NCBI RefSeq assembly: GCF_964204645.1
Contig: NC_134034.1
Location: 8,444,962-8,508,961, forward strand
Reading direction: 5' to 3'
Source of the DNA: Tubulanus polymorphus
Lineage: Eukaryota > Animalia > Nemertea
DNA length: 64,000 bases
Part shown: positions 25,780-38,474 of the stretch, piece by piece
Layout: each line of letters starts with the position of its first letter
Numbering within the stretch: position 1 is the stretch's first letter
Translations under genes and position numbers: made by a program
The notes under the pieces: model-generated
Databases searched by the model: none
What the model was told of the DNA's origin: nothing
Seen by the model: only the letters and a program-made list of their open reading frames with translations

Positions 25780-25995
25780 TACTCATACGATGCTGCTCCT
25801 GAATTACTCCTATGATGCTACTTCTATGATGCTGCTCTTTCTGCTCCTATGATGCTGCTCTTGCTGCTCCTATGATGCTGCTCTTGCTGCTCCTATGATG
25901 CTGCTCTTGTTACTCCTATGATGCTGCTCTTGTTACTCCTATGATGCTGCTCTTGTTACTCCTATGATGCTGCTCTTGCTACTCCTATGATGCTC
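25780..25995. repeat. 23-bp minisatellite, about 9 copies
   Basis: CTCCTATGATGCTGCTCTTG(T/C)T(A/G). Confidence 0.92.
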
Positions 25996-26147
25996 TCGCT
26001 TCTCCTGCACAACTCATGCCGCTCCTAAATGCTCCACCATTGCCCGAATAGTATTTCAAGCCGAGATGATAGAACTACATTACGCCTGAAACAGAGAATA
26101 TAATTTGATTTCACATCTGTTGATTGTAGACTCTTCACACATCAAGG

Positions 26148-26492
26148 ACACAAGGTATTTCTGTGATATTTTGAATTTATTGACTGTTCATATTTTAGCG
26201 CGATCGATTAGCTACGAAAGTTGGCCCAGGCCGCAAACCCCACATTGGTCTATATCATTGCCCACAATTTCCGTTCAGCGCCCACTAGTCTATTTATCTA
26301 GCCAATCAGAAATCATAGGTGATGTAATAGACCAATGAAGGGTTTGTGTTGGCGTGAGCTTCAGCGGGAGGAAATTCACAGGAGCTCGTAAACTGGCTTG
26401 GATTCTATTTCCGGGTTGTTGATAATCTCGCAAGGATGGCGCTAAAATATGAACAGTCAATAAATTCAAAATATAACAGAAATACCTTGTGT
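26148..26492. mobile_element. MITE-like element with ~54-bp TIRs
   Basis: ACACAAGGTATTTCTGT.ATATTTTGAATTTATTGACTGTTCATATTTTAGCGC is inverted at 26439-26492. Confidence 0.75.
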
Positions 26493-26573
26493 TGATATTG
26501 TTTGTTTATCCACTATGTCCGACGTTTCGATAAACAATTAGTAGTTAAGGATCAGTATCAGTCGGGCGTGACG

Positions 26574-26825
26574 CCTTACTTAATAGAAATAACAAGGGAT
26601 GAAAGGGATTCGTTTTTGCAGCCAATTTCTGAAGTTAAATTCAGCTTCAATTTATTTCTCTCAAAAACATCTGTCAATTGACACAGACATACTGTAGTAT
26701 GTGCTCTGATTGACAGCTCACTGGCGCTCAGAATTAGCCGCGCATGTGCAGTGGTCTCCACCGCATCAATACGGTCACAGGCAAAAAACGATGCCGTTTT
26801 ATCCCTTGTTATTTCTATAGTAAGG
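26574..26825. mobile_element. MITE-like element nested in a second, older inverted repeat (~26530-26546 / 26879-26905)
   Basis: CCTTACT..ATAGAAATAACAAGGGAT / ATCCCTTGTTATTTCTATAGTAAGG. Confidence 0.7.
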
Positions 26826-28642
26826 CTGATTAGCTGGAACTTTTGAATAAACAAGTTACTACAGGATTGAAAATGTAAACTGATACTTGACAACTAATTG
26901 TTTATAGGAACTTTAGACCATAGCGGATGCGGGCAATCAAACAGCAAGGATGCCTCTACTTGGATTAAAGTTAGGCCAGTTTGCTGATTAAATCTATTTT
27001 TGTTTCGCTTTTAACAGATTTTCATTTTTTATGTATCTCTTGGTGGACAGATCGACTTCCACGATCTCCACACAACAGTCCGTCGAGAGTAAGGGTACGA
27101 GATTTCATTTTTGAATTGAAATTGCTCGAATGAAAGATTTGAACCACGGCTTTAATTTCTATTTTCGAGTAGATTTGATAAACAAACCGTAACTAAAACA
27201 GACTTTTTTTCACTTACAGTTGCAATTGTGTTCAGAAATCTCAAATTGAACTTGAGAAAGCGCTGATGTGGTCCAAAATAGTTGGTTATTTATTCATTTA
27301 TTTATTTACGGTCGATCAATCAATAGTCGCCATCTTGAAAATATATGCAAATGAACAGAATCGGAATGAGGCATATAAAGGCGGATCCGGGCGTATATTC
27401 GGACGATCTGTCTCCCTCGAAGAAAACCCGCACAAAGTCTAAGATTTCTTCTCCAGCGTTGTGCCAAATTTATATTGAACTTTTTACAATGTGCTAAATC
27501 TGATCAACCATCGAACCCCAGACTGGACATCAGAAAACTAGGTCCACTACATCTTAACACGTCAAGGGATTCGAACTCACTAGGCTAAAGCCGTTCCCCC
27601 TGATGTAGACTGGTTGCCGGTCTCTGACTGCGAATGCAGGTGGCGCAGAATTGGACAGGCGACCAGTCTACCCCTGGTGGAGAGCAAGTTCGGGAGCGAT
27701 ACCGAGCCCCTGGCAAGCGAGGATGCGTCCACCAGCGATCGTAACCGTCAAGTGGTTCGAACTCACTAGGATAAAAGCCGTTCAAGCAACTTCGGGAGCG
27801 ATACCGGACCCCCTGCAACCTGGGCCAAATTCGGTTTTCGTAATTATTCGACCTATAGTCGGAACTAATAACCGAATGCACTTATTTCCAAATTATTTCC
27901 GGACTATAGTTCCGACTAACCTTGGAGTAATCAGTCTGATTATTCCAAGGACTAACTGACATGCGACCAACTCCGATAACCGTAGTTGGCCCTGGCAAGC
28001 GAGGATGGCCAATCATAATGAGGGTTAGATAATTATAGAGGTCCTAGATATGGAGTATAGTAAAATGAACGTTTATTAAAAAAGCCCACTTAAATTCCTG
28101 ATATCCCACTGTCATTTAGAAAAATAGGTCGATAGTATATAACCACTTAGGCGTCTGCTTCATCTGTCAAAGATATTGTGATGAAAAGGTACCGGGTATG
28201 TCACGAGGGAAAGAGTATGTCATCCTACTTAAGTGAAGGGCCAGGATTTTGGGCCAGGTTCCAGTAAAGCTTGTGACTGGATCTTGAACTGTGGAAGTAA
28301 TTGCAGGGTTCCTGAAACTGTGTTTCCAAAGAAATGAGTGTGGAACTGTGCGCTGAAAGTGAAATTCTCAAAAGCCGGAACCTAAAAAATCCCTTCATCG
28401 AAAACAAAACATTTAAGAAATTCAATAATCAATTATTCAAGAACCTTTTACAACATTTTTTCACTGAGGTATTTTCACTCAGATAAGAATTGAGACATGA
28501 CATTCTTTACAATAAACTATTGTTTTGTATATTTAACATAAATTAATTCAACTTATGCACAGAAACATATTACTGCACTGATCAATTGAACATGTCACCT
28601 AAAATCAGAAATCCTACTAATTCATGAATTAAAACAACTTGT

Positions 28643-29325
28643 AACTTACCTAAACCTGATTCAGAAGTAAAAACCTATTGATTTAATCTCTGAAACCCAG
28701 AAATTAAAACATCAGATTTATACTTGTGAATCACCCTAAAACAGTTCTTAATAATCGTGGATTAAGTTCAACAGTTATGAATTATAACTATTGAACCTGA
28801 TCAGAGATTATCAATGAAAAACTTGATTCAAATTATCAATCAAGTTTTTCCAATCTTTAATCAGTCTTAACAGAACACAATAGCAACAACTTACAACTTA
28901 TCAAAACCCAAAAGTGACCCAGAAGTAAAAACCTATTGATTTGATCTATGAAACCCAGAGATTAAAACATCAGATTTATACTTGTGAATCACCTTAAAAA
29001 GAATTCTCAAAAATCTCTGACCGAGTTCAACAGTTATGAATTATTACTGTCGAACCTGATCAGAGATTATCAATGGAAAACTTGATTCAAATTATTAATT
29101 TGAATCAAGTTTTTCCACCCTTTAATCAGTCTTAATAGAACACAATAGGAACCACTTTTAACTTACCTAAACCTAAAGTGATTCAGAAATAAAAACCTAA
29201 TGATTTGATCTCTGGAACCCAGAGATTAAAACATCAGATTTTCACTTGTGAATCACCTTCAACTCTTAAAAATCTCTGACCGAGTTCAACAGTTATGAAT
29301 TATAACTATCGAACTTGATCAGTAA
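28643..29325. repeat. Tandem repeat, ~260-bp unit, about 2.6 copies
   Basis: AAAAACCTA.TGATTT.ATCT.TG.AACCCAGA.ATTAAAACATCAGATTT recurs near 28670, 28927 and 29192. Confidence 0.85.
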
Positions 29326-29727
29326 ATCAGTCCAAACACAACATTAAACCTTACAAACTTTTTTTTCTATTTTCCATCCATTAATCATAAATTACACGCA
29401 TCTCGTTATTTCTCATTACAACCTAAACTCAATTCATTTACATTCAATCATTTTTTTAGTTTTTTTTCTAATATGTTTGTTGATTCTGTTGGATGCGAAC
29501 GAACGAAAGTCACCAATTATACTTAAACAGTTTCAACACTTTTAAACTACTTCCACTTGATCCATTACGCGAATACACAACACTATTACAACTTCGGATC
29601 ATTACGAAATTATTATTTTGTGGTTCTTTAACAACACTAAATATCACTGATAATTGTTATACATATTTCATCTATATTACGTATTCCTTTATTGTTTTAT
29701 TTCTCCATCTTATTACTCATTGTTATC

Positions 29728-30690
29728 GAATTACACTGGTCCGGTTCATCGTTTAATTGTGGTTCTCGACACTGAATTACGCTGGTCCGGTTCATGGTTT
29801 AATTGCAGTTCTCGACACTGAATTACACTGGTCCGGTTCATCGTTTAATTACTGTTCTTGACACTGAATTACACTGGTCCGGTTCATCGTTTAATTGCGG
29901 TTCTCGACACCGAATTACACTGGTCTGGTTCATGGTTTAATTGCGGTTCTCGACACTGAATTACACTGGTCCGGTTCATCGTTTAATTACTGTTCTTGAC
30001 ACTGAATTACACTGGTCCGGTTCATCGTTTAATTGCGGTTCTCGACACCGAATTACACTGGTCCGCTTCATCGTTTAATCGCGGTTCTCGATACTGATTT
30101 ACACTAGTCCAGTTCATCGTTTAATTGCGGTTCTCGACACTGAATTACACTGGTCAAGTTCATCGTTTAATTGCGGTTCTCGACACTGAATTACACTGGT
30201 CCAGTTCATCGTTTAATTGCGGTTCTCGACACTGAATTACACTGGTCCGGTTCATCGTTTAATTGCGGTTCTCGACACTGAATTACACTGGTCCGGTTCA
30301 TCGTTTCATTGCGGTTCTCGACACTGAATTACACTGGTCCAGTTCATCGTTTAATTGCGGTTCTCGACCCTGAATTACACTGGTCCGGTTCATCGTTTAA
30401 TTGCGGTTCTCGACACTGAATTACACTGGTCCGGTTCATCGTTTTATTACGGTTCTCGACACTGATTTACACTGGTCCAGTTCATCGTTTCATTGCGGTT
30501 CTCGACACTGAATTACACTGGTCCGCTTCATCGTTTAATTGCGGTTCTCGACACAGAATTACACTGGTCCGGTTCATCGTTTAATTGCGGTTCTCGACAC
30601 TGAATTACACTGGTCCAGTTCATCGTTTAATTGCGGTTCTCAACACTGAATTACACTGGTCCGGTTAATTGCGGTTCTCGGCACTGAATA
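29728..30690. repeat. 46-bp minisatellite, about 21 copies
   Basis: GAATTACACTGGTCCGGTTCATCGTTTAATTGCGGTTCTCGACACT head-to-tail, no spacers. Confidence 0.96.
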
Positions 30691-30919
30691 ACGTGAACTT
30701 CAGCCGAGTAATCACTGCGCATTGGTTTGCATAGAACCAAATTGTTTTAACATAACTGCACTGCATTGGTTTACACGGAATTCTACTGTTGTGAACAGAA
30801 CTGTTTTTAAGGTTTCAATCGCATTGGCTCGATCTCAATCACTATCCTATAGATGCAAAGTGTTGGTTCAATGAAATAGCAGACTCTCAATTTCTACTGC
30901 ATGTGAATCTCAACAAACG

Positions 30920-32145
30920 GAAAACTGAAAAGACAAAATAAAAACAACAAATAAATTAAGATGTCAAAGTCAACTCACTTATTTAAAAAAAAAAGATTTT
31001 AGAATTTCATAGAAAAACATGAGATAATTACCTGATTTTTTTGAGTGATGATTTCTAAGCAGCAACTTGCAAACAATTCGTATCTGGTTATATCAGGAAG
31101 TCGCAATGAGATTTTCTTCAATCTACGCCGAATAAAGTCTTCAATATCTTAAGTAACATTGTAACAGTTTCTGACTATAACTGATTACAGTTAATTGAAA
31201 ACTGAAAAGATAAAAAATAAACAACAAATGGATAAGATTTCAAAGTTAACTCATTTAATCGGAAAAACAACAGATAAATTATAGGCGATTTCATACAGAA
31301 ATATAAGATAATTACCTGATTTGCTTGTCAGATGAATTCCATGTTGTCAGTTGTACGGACAATTTGTGAATAAATCTCTTTATATCAAAAAACCGCAATA
31401 AGATTTCTAACATCTACCGCCGAGTAATGTATTCGTTATCTTAACTACCGGTACCATTGTAACAGAAAATTGAAAACTAAAAAGACAAAAAACCATCAAA
31501 TAATTAAAGATGTCAAAGTCAACTCAATTATTTTAAAAAAAGTATAAAATGTTTTCAAGAATTCCATAGACAAATATTAGATAATTACCTGATTTGTTTG
31601 AGTGATGATTTCTAAGCTGCAACTTGCAAATAATTCGTATCTGGTTATATCAGGAAGTCGCAATGAGATTTTCTTCAATCTATGCCGAATTAAGTCTTCA
31701 ATATCTTAAGTAACATTGTAACAGTTTCTGACTATAACTGATCACAGCTAATTGAAAACTGAAAAGACAAAAAATAAATAACAAATGGATAAGATTTCAC
31801 AGTAAACTCATTTAATCGGAACAACAACAGATAAATTATAGGCGATTTCATACAGAAATATAAGATAATTACCTGATTTGCTTGTCAGATGAATTCTATG
31901 TTGTCAGTTGTACGGACAATTTGTGAATATATCAAAAAACCGCAATAAGATTTCTAACATCTACCACCGAGTAATGTATTCGTTATCTTAACTACCATTG
32001 TAACAGCAAATTGAGAACTAAAAAGACAAAAATAATTGACAAATGAATAAAGATTTCAGAGTAAACTCATTAAATTTTAAAAACAAACGGGTAAAATAAG
32101 CATCTCATACTAAAACATAAGATAATTACCTGATTTGCTTGTGAG
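30920..32145. repeat. Higher-order tandem repeat (~280-bp monomers alternating in a ~550-bp dimer)
   Basis: AGATAATTACCTGATTT recurs near 31022, 31306, 31579, 31863 and 32120. Confidence 0.85.
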
Positions 32146-32484
32146 ATGAACTGCAAGTCACCAGATGTTTTAAGTCTGCTGAAGCTGAGTTTGGTTGGTA
32201 TGTGAGTAGTGGATTTCATTCAGGAGCTGATTAATTACTGATTACTGCTTCCTCTGATGTTATTGTTGTTGTCGCTGGTTCTGTCGTCTTTCTGTTGTCT
32301 TGTTGATTTACAATATGTTTTTTCTTACAATATTTGTTTTTTTCTTACATCATTTTTTTTTCTTTCAAACAATAATTATTCTTCCTTTTAAATTTAAACA
32401 ATACCTTTTTTGATCAAACAAGACATCAATATTTTGATTATTTAGAAACTAGGAATTACTGAATTGAGACAATCAAATTTCGAC

Positions 32485-32825
32485 AATTAGAGGTTTGGTC
32501 CATGATATTCAAATCAAAGATTTTCTAATCTTCACAATTAACAGGTTTGATTCGTGATATTCAAATCAAAGATTTTCTAATCTTCACAATTAACAGGTTT
32601 GGTTCCTGATATTAGAATCAAAGATTTTCTAATCTTCATAATTAACAGGTTTGATTCCTGATATTCAAATCAAAGGTTTTCTAATCTTCATAATTAACAG
32701 GTTTGATTCGTGATATTCAAATCAAAGATTTTCTAATCTTCACAATTAACAGGTTTGGTTCCTGATATTCAAATCAAAGATTTTCTAATCTTCATAATTA
32801 ACAGGTTTGATTCCTGATATTCAAA
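32485..32825. repeat. 52-bp minisatellite, about 6.5 copies
   Basis: GATATTCAAATCAAAGATTTTCTAATCTTCA(C/T)AATTAACAGGTTTG(A/G)TTC(G/C)T. Confidence 0.93.
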
Positions 32826-32979
32826 AAACTTTTCATTCAAAATTCCTTTAATGTTCATAATTAGAAGTTTAGCTCCTGATTTTTTAATCAAGACATGAAA
32901 ATCTTGACAATTGACAGGCTTTATTCAGGTTTGATTTTTAACCGACGCAGTTTTTTCAAATGTGTCTTGAGACAAATTA

Positions 32980-33725
32980 GAGCTTTAAGAAGTTCTTTCA
33001 AATCTGCCTTGAGTAAAAGTGGATTTAACTGCAGCCTCGAGTCAAATGATGAACTTTGGTAAGTTCTTTCAAAAACGTCTTACGATGAACAAAGAACTTT
33101 GAGAAGTTCTTTTAATTACGTCTTGCGATGAACCAAGAACTTTGAGAAGTTCTTTCAAATACATCTTACGATGAACGAAGAACTTTGAGAAGTTCTTTTA
33201 AATACGGCTCTAGTTGACGTAGATTAAACTATGGCTTGAGTCAAATCAAAACCTTCATACGAATACATCTTATGATGAACAAAGAACTTTGAGAAGTTCA
33301 TACAAATATGTCTTATGACAAATGAAGAACTTTGAGAAGTTCTTTCGAATCTGACTTTAGTCGAAGTAGATTTAAATGTGGCGCGAGTCAAATAATGAAC
33401 TTTGGGAAGTTCATTCATGTCTTATGACAAAGAACTTTGAGAAGGTCTATCAAATCAGACTTTAGTCGAAGTAGATTTAAATGCAGGCGCGAGTCAAATA
33501 ATGAACTTTAAGTTCATTCCACTTTATCTTACAACAACTTTCAGAAGTTATTTCAAATCCAACTGCAGATCGACTTCAGTAATAAACTTTGAGAAGTTCA
33601 TTCAAGTATGTTGTGGGCTGCTCGAGTCAAATAAAGAACTTTCAGGTGTTCATCTTTTAAGAATTTCTTCCAAATCAACGAACTAAGAACTTACGCGAGT
33701 CAAATTTTGACTCTAAGAAGTTCTT
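32980..33725. repeat. Degenerate ~43-bp tandem repeats built on the palindrome GAACTTTGAGAAGTTC
   Basis: Motif recurs roughly ten times or more. Confidence 0.8.
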
Positions 33726-36148
33726 CCCAAATAACGCAGTCTCAAATGTTTTGTGACTTTCTCAAAATGTATCAAAAATTTAAGTAATTTTTAGTTCATA
33801 AGTCTTCAAATATTCATAAATGAACAGTTAAAAATTGTTGAAACATGTCGACTCAGCCGTAAATCACCCATTCACAGTCCCGAATGTGGGATAATGTCGG
33901 GCTTTAGAGAACATAATGCCCCCGAGGTCTTCACATTTACAAAAAAGATTATGTAAGCGTGTCGCGCGTTACACCGGATAGGCACACAATAGAAATATGA
34001 GCCGCACGTTCATTTGATCATCACCAATTAAGAGGACCGCTATTGTGAAAATTGACTGCGGGAGGAATATTCCTCCCAAAGTCAATCGATGGAAACTTGA
34101 CCAAGGGGTCTGATATTCAAACAATTGACTTTGGGAGGAATATTCCTCCCAAGGTCAAACGAAGAGAATTTGACCTTCAGTTCTGATATTCAAAGTATCG
34201 ACTTCGGGAGGAATATTCCTCCGACTGTCAAACGAAGAAAAATGGACCTAGGTCTGATATTCGAAATATTGACTTTGGGATGAATATTCGTCCAAACCTC
34301 TAACGCTAAAAACCTGAGCTTTTAGAATGATAGGTCTACATAAATTATATTGATGTAATTGATTTTAATAAATAGTATACTATAGCGACGAAACCAGACA
34401 TATTTAGGCAATTTGATTGTTAATATACACTGTATTTGAGGGTCTGCGACAAATAATGTTAGAAAGTTAAATAGCTGTAGTTCAGGTTCTAATAATGAGC
34501 CTAATATAGTCTTCACATCGCAATCAGTTGTTAGAATGCATCTTCCTTTTTCTTGTTTTGATCTGAGACGACTAGTTAAATTTTTTTCTTGATTGATTCA
34601 CGCTGGGAGGTCTACATCAAATTATATTGTTGATCAAATCAATTATGTTTCAACTGCGAATTCACATTTGATATTGATATTAATAATCAATATTACTCGT
34701 CATTATATAGCGCAGTGCTGCAAATTGTAACCAGTGTGCTTTTCACGGGTATAAAATTAACACAAGTTGAAGAAATCGAATTTGAAATACGAGGATAATA
34801 AAAAATAAGTTGAAGGTAGGGCGGAGAGATCTGACGAAAAGAAACAACAAACGATATGGGCGCCAAATTGACCCATGCCTAATTGCCCGACCAAATAGTC
34901 CGACCTGACCTGAGTCAAATTAAGCCGAGTCAAATTAGAGCGTGTTAATTTAAACTGGTTCTGGAAGTCAGTCACTTCGCTTTGCTTAAGTATGGACTCG
35001 TTTTAGAGTCTCTTCAAGTATTGTTTAGTATCGAATGAATGGGTTTGCATTTGAATGTGAAATAAATTTGAACATGAAAATCAGCGCGCTCTTTGGTAAG
35101 CCATGAAAACAATTAAAGTCGGACCCTGATTCGAGCCAATTTTTTTGCAAATTAGCCATTGTCCTAGTTTTAACTTCTGATTTGTACCCTGTATAGGCCG
35201 GTTAATATTTCTGTTTGTACTCTTTCATACAAATTCGACAGATATCAAATGGCATCTTTGATTACAGACACTGTTGACCGGTACACACCAATATGTCCAT
35301 CCATCCAACATACGAGCAATCATCTCATTAATGAGATAATTGCTCGTAGATCCGACAGCTACGTTTTACAACTAAGAGTGCATAAAATCAGATTCCTAAT
35401 GATATTACATGTATTACTATTAAGAATAAGCTATTAATATATGAATAAATTCAAAAAGAATTTAGAAAATATCTTGCTTTGAATGGCTTTTAATTAAATA
35501 TTGGAAAGGGCGATTTTGAAGGGGGAATTTTATCTGCGGTGTCACTGCTAATCGAGTAATCAAGAAGCACAAACTCCCTAAGGTGATAACGTGTTTTAAG
35601 CAGATTCCTTTCCGATTGTGATCCCAATATATGAATTGCACATGGAACTATTATGTATAAACACCTCTCACAATTTACGTAACGACTGAGTGGCGTCCTT
35701 TTGCACAAGCTATATTACACCATGATGAAAAGCCTTTTATAGTTTAGAGTTGGATTTCTCGATGTATAAATGCAAGGAGGGTCAGAAGCTTTATGCTCAA
35801 TAACATTAGGTTCCTATAAATGTTTGCTATGGATTTCAAAATAAAAGAAAAATCTACGTTTAAATGAGATATCTGTTTCATTACTCGTGATATATCGAGG
35901 AATCTCTGCAATAAAATTTGACGATTTCAAAATTATTACAAAATGAGCAAACTTTGTGATATCTGCTAACAGTATAAATTCAAGCGTACATGCGGATTTG
36001 AGTGATATGTAATAAATATCGTAGCGAATAATCAAAGTGAGAAAAGTATCTACCGTAGCTAGAGATGATAATGAGTCCCATATCCAGAATATCTGAACCA
36101 AAATATCTCCCTAAAAAACCTTCAACCATTCAAAAAAAGATAGGAATA

Positions 36149-36911
36149 TGGTTGTAGGTAAAAATCTCCCTGGTAAAAATCCCCTAGGTAAATATCCCCT
36201 GTGTAAAAACCCAAAATATTCAAAGTAGGTAAAACACCCCACTCGGTGATTTTCAAAGACATTTCAAAGCAAAATGTTTCTCCAATTTTATTAATTTGCT
36301 ATGAGACTGAAATATGTTAGAACTGTGCATTGAAATCTTTCGTTGCGGTAAATCCTTAAGTAAAACTCTTAGCATAAAATAAATTGTTAGAATTGATAAG
36401 AATAATACATTTTTATTTGTAATATCTAAAGATTCGAACAGGAGTATTTTTGAACTGCGGACTCTTGTTAACTGTGGTATATTTCAGCTGTGCGATGCCA
36501 AAAATTATTAGAAATAATGTTCTTTTGATTTGAAATATTTTAGATTCAAGCTAGTGTAATATATTTGAAATGTGCGATGAACCCTTTCATTAAGCTGTGC
36601 GATCACTTTATTTACCAATTTAGTAGTAATGAACAATGTTAATTTTGTAGTTTGTTTTAATTCAAATAGTATATACTATAGTTTGTATACTCATGATATC
36701 ATTATGGTGTTTCACAGTAAAATATGAATAAATTGGATATATGTAACAATAATATGAATTAATTGACCTTAAGATTGTATCTACAATCCATTCAAAAGGA
36801 GGGGGATTTCTACCTACACTAAAGAATCGGGGATTTATACCGAGAGGATTTTAACCTAGGGGATTGTTACCTAGGGTATTTTTTACCCAGATGATTTTTG
36901 CCGCTAACCAT
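36149..36911. mobile_element. MITE-like element with subterminal GGTAAAAATCCCC repeats
   Basis: Left ATGGTT..GGTAAAAATC(T/C)CC repeats, right GGGGATT..TACC repeats ending AACCAT. Confidence 0.6.
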
Positions 36912-38435
36912 AGATGTAGTTTGTAATTTTGAATAATGGTCTTGGCAATGCACTAATTATGAACAATTTACTTTGTTTTGTTGAATTAACTACGTAATCA
37001 ATTCACTATAGAACTATGGTGGATCCTAACAATGAGTCTGGCCTGCTATTCCAAATTCTTTCCGAAAATTATATTGCTAAGATATTCCTAGTCTTCATCA
37101 TTTAGCATGAACTCTAGATGTTGGGCCTGGATGTATTTCGGATTTATTAAATGGTATCATGGGCGTGGAATGTTTGGGCGGAGGTATTATGCTCCAGTTT
37201 CACGCGTAAAACAAAAAAAAATATATATCCATACCTAGGTCATTGCATTATAGAAATTAAACTGTTGACAAGTTGTAATAAATCTCTATAGATGAAACAA
37301 TTTTAAAGAAAATGCATTATATATGTTTGTAGTTTCTATTCAACTACTATTGACTGTGCGCCTCGGGCTCAATCAACTCGTCATCTCCATGATTTCTATC
37401 ACACATCATCAGCTGCCATTGAAATATTTGATTTGGCAGTCCTATCAAAAGTAGCGTAAATTGATACATGCGAATAATTGATGTTTCCAAAGGGTTTTTG
37501 TTACTGGCTCATTTACATGGGAAATTCCCCGTTCAGATTCCCCCGAGAAATCCCATTGAAGAGGTTATGATTTGCTGCTGTTGGCCTGTTTTTTTCGTTT
37601 GTATTGCAAAATTTAGTCCAAACTAACTGGAATCGTTTTAAATTGATTTCTGTGAAAATTTTCAATTTTTCCCCACATGTCAACAAGTGCCTTTCAAATC
37701 AGGATAGATTCCGATTGCGAAATAATAATTGTAGCAATTTTTTTAGTATTATTTATCTATGGTTTGATACATCAAGATTTCAGTAAAAATGACAACTTTA
37801 TCGTTTATGTTAGCGAAGCTTGGTATACAAGCAGGCTGACAATAACAAGCCACTGAATTTTATGGGGTTAGTCTTTGTATAGCTCTTTATCTATAGAAAG
37901 TCAGTGATTAAGCCCTAAGTAAATATTGCTCAATTAAAGAGAATTCATTATGACAATGTACAAGCGATGACAGGCCTATGAGGCACCCGTAAATCAAAAA
38001 AATATTTCGCTGTGCGATGCGAAAATTATTGAAAATAATAAAACTTTTAATTTGAAATTGCTTAAATCAAAGCTAGTGTAATATATTTGAACGTCCTAGC
38101 GATATATTTGTCCTGTGCGATAACTTTTAGTATTAATTTAGTATTAATGAAGTATATTAATCTTTGGGTGAACGGAAAAAATGGCGTAGGGAAAAATTGG
38201 GAAAAATTGCCGCTAAATAAATATTAGAATTTGCTCCTTTTGTAATAACTTTGAATTGTCAAATTCAACTGGACATTGGTGTATGCTGAATATCACGAAC
38301 AACGAAACATTTATCCTTAAAAACGTTGATTTTCTTTTTCATCTTTCTTTATTTCAATAATAATCAATCGTTTTTCAACCCATGGTATGTCAATCAAGAC
38401 AGATCTTCGTCTAGAAAAAGTAGGATGCATTCTAT

Positions 38436-38474
38436 CATGGACTCTAAAACGATTGATTCGTTTTAGAGTCCATG
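38436..38474. mobile_element. 39-bp collapsed MITE with CATGG termini and 7-bp TSD (P-element-like)
   Basis: CATGGACTCTAAAACGA-TTGAT-TCGTTTTAGAGTCCATG flanked by ATTCTAT on both sides. Confidence 0.7.

Noticed and set aside
29728-30690. CRISPR-like array (also 18159-18516, 32485-32825, 40760-40990)
   Set aside because: Units are head-to-tail with no unique spacers, there are no cas genes, and the context is eukaryotic. These are minisatellites.
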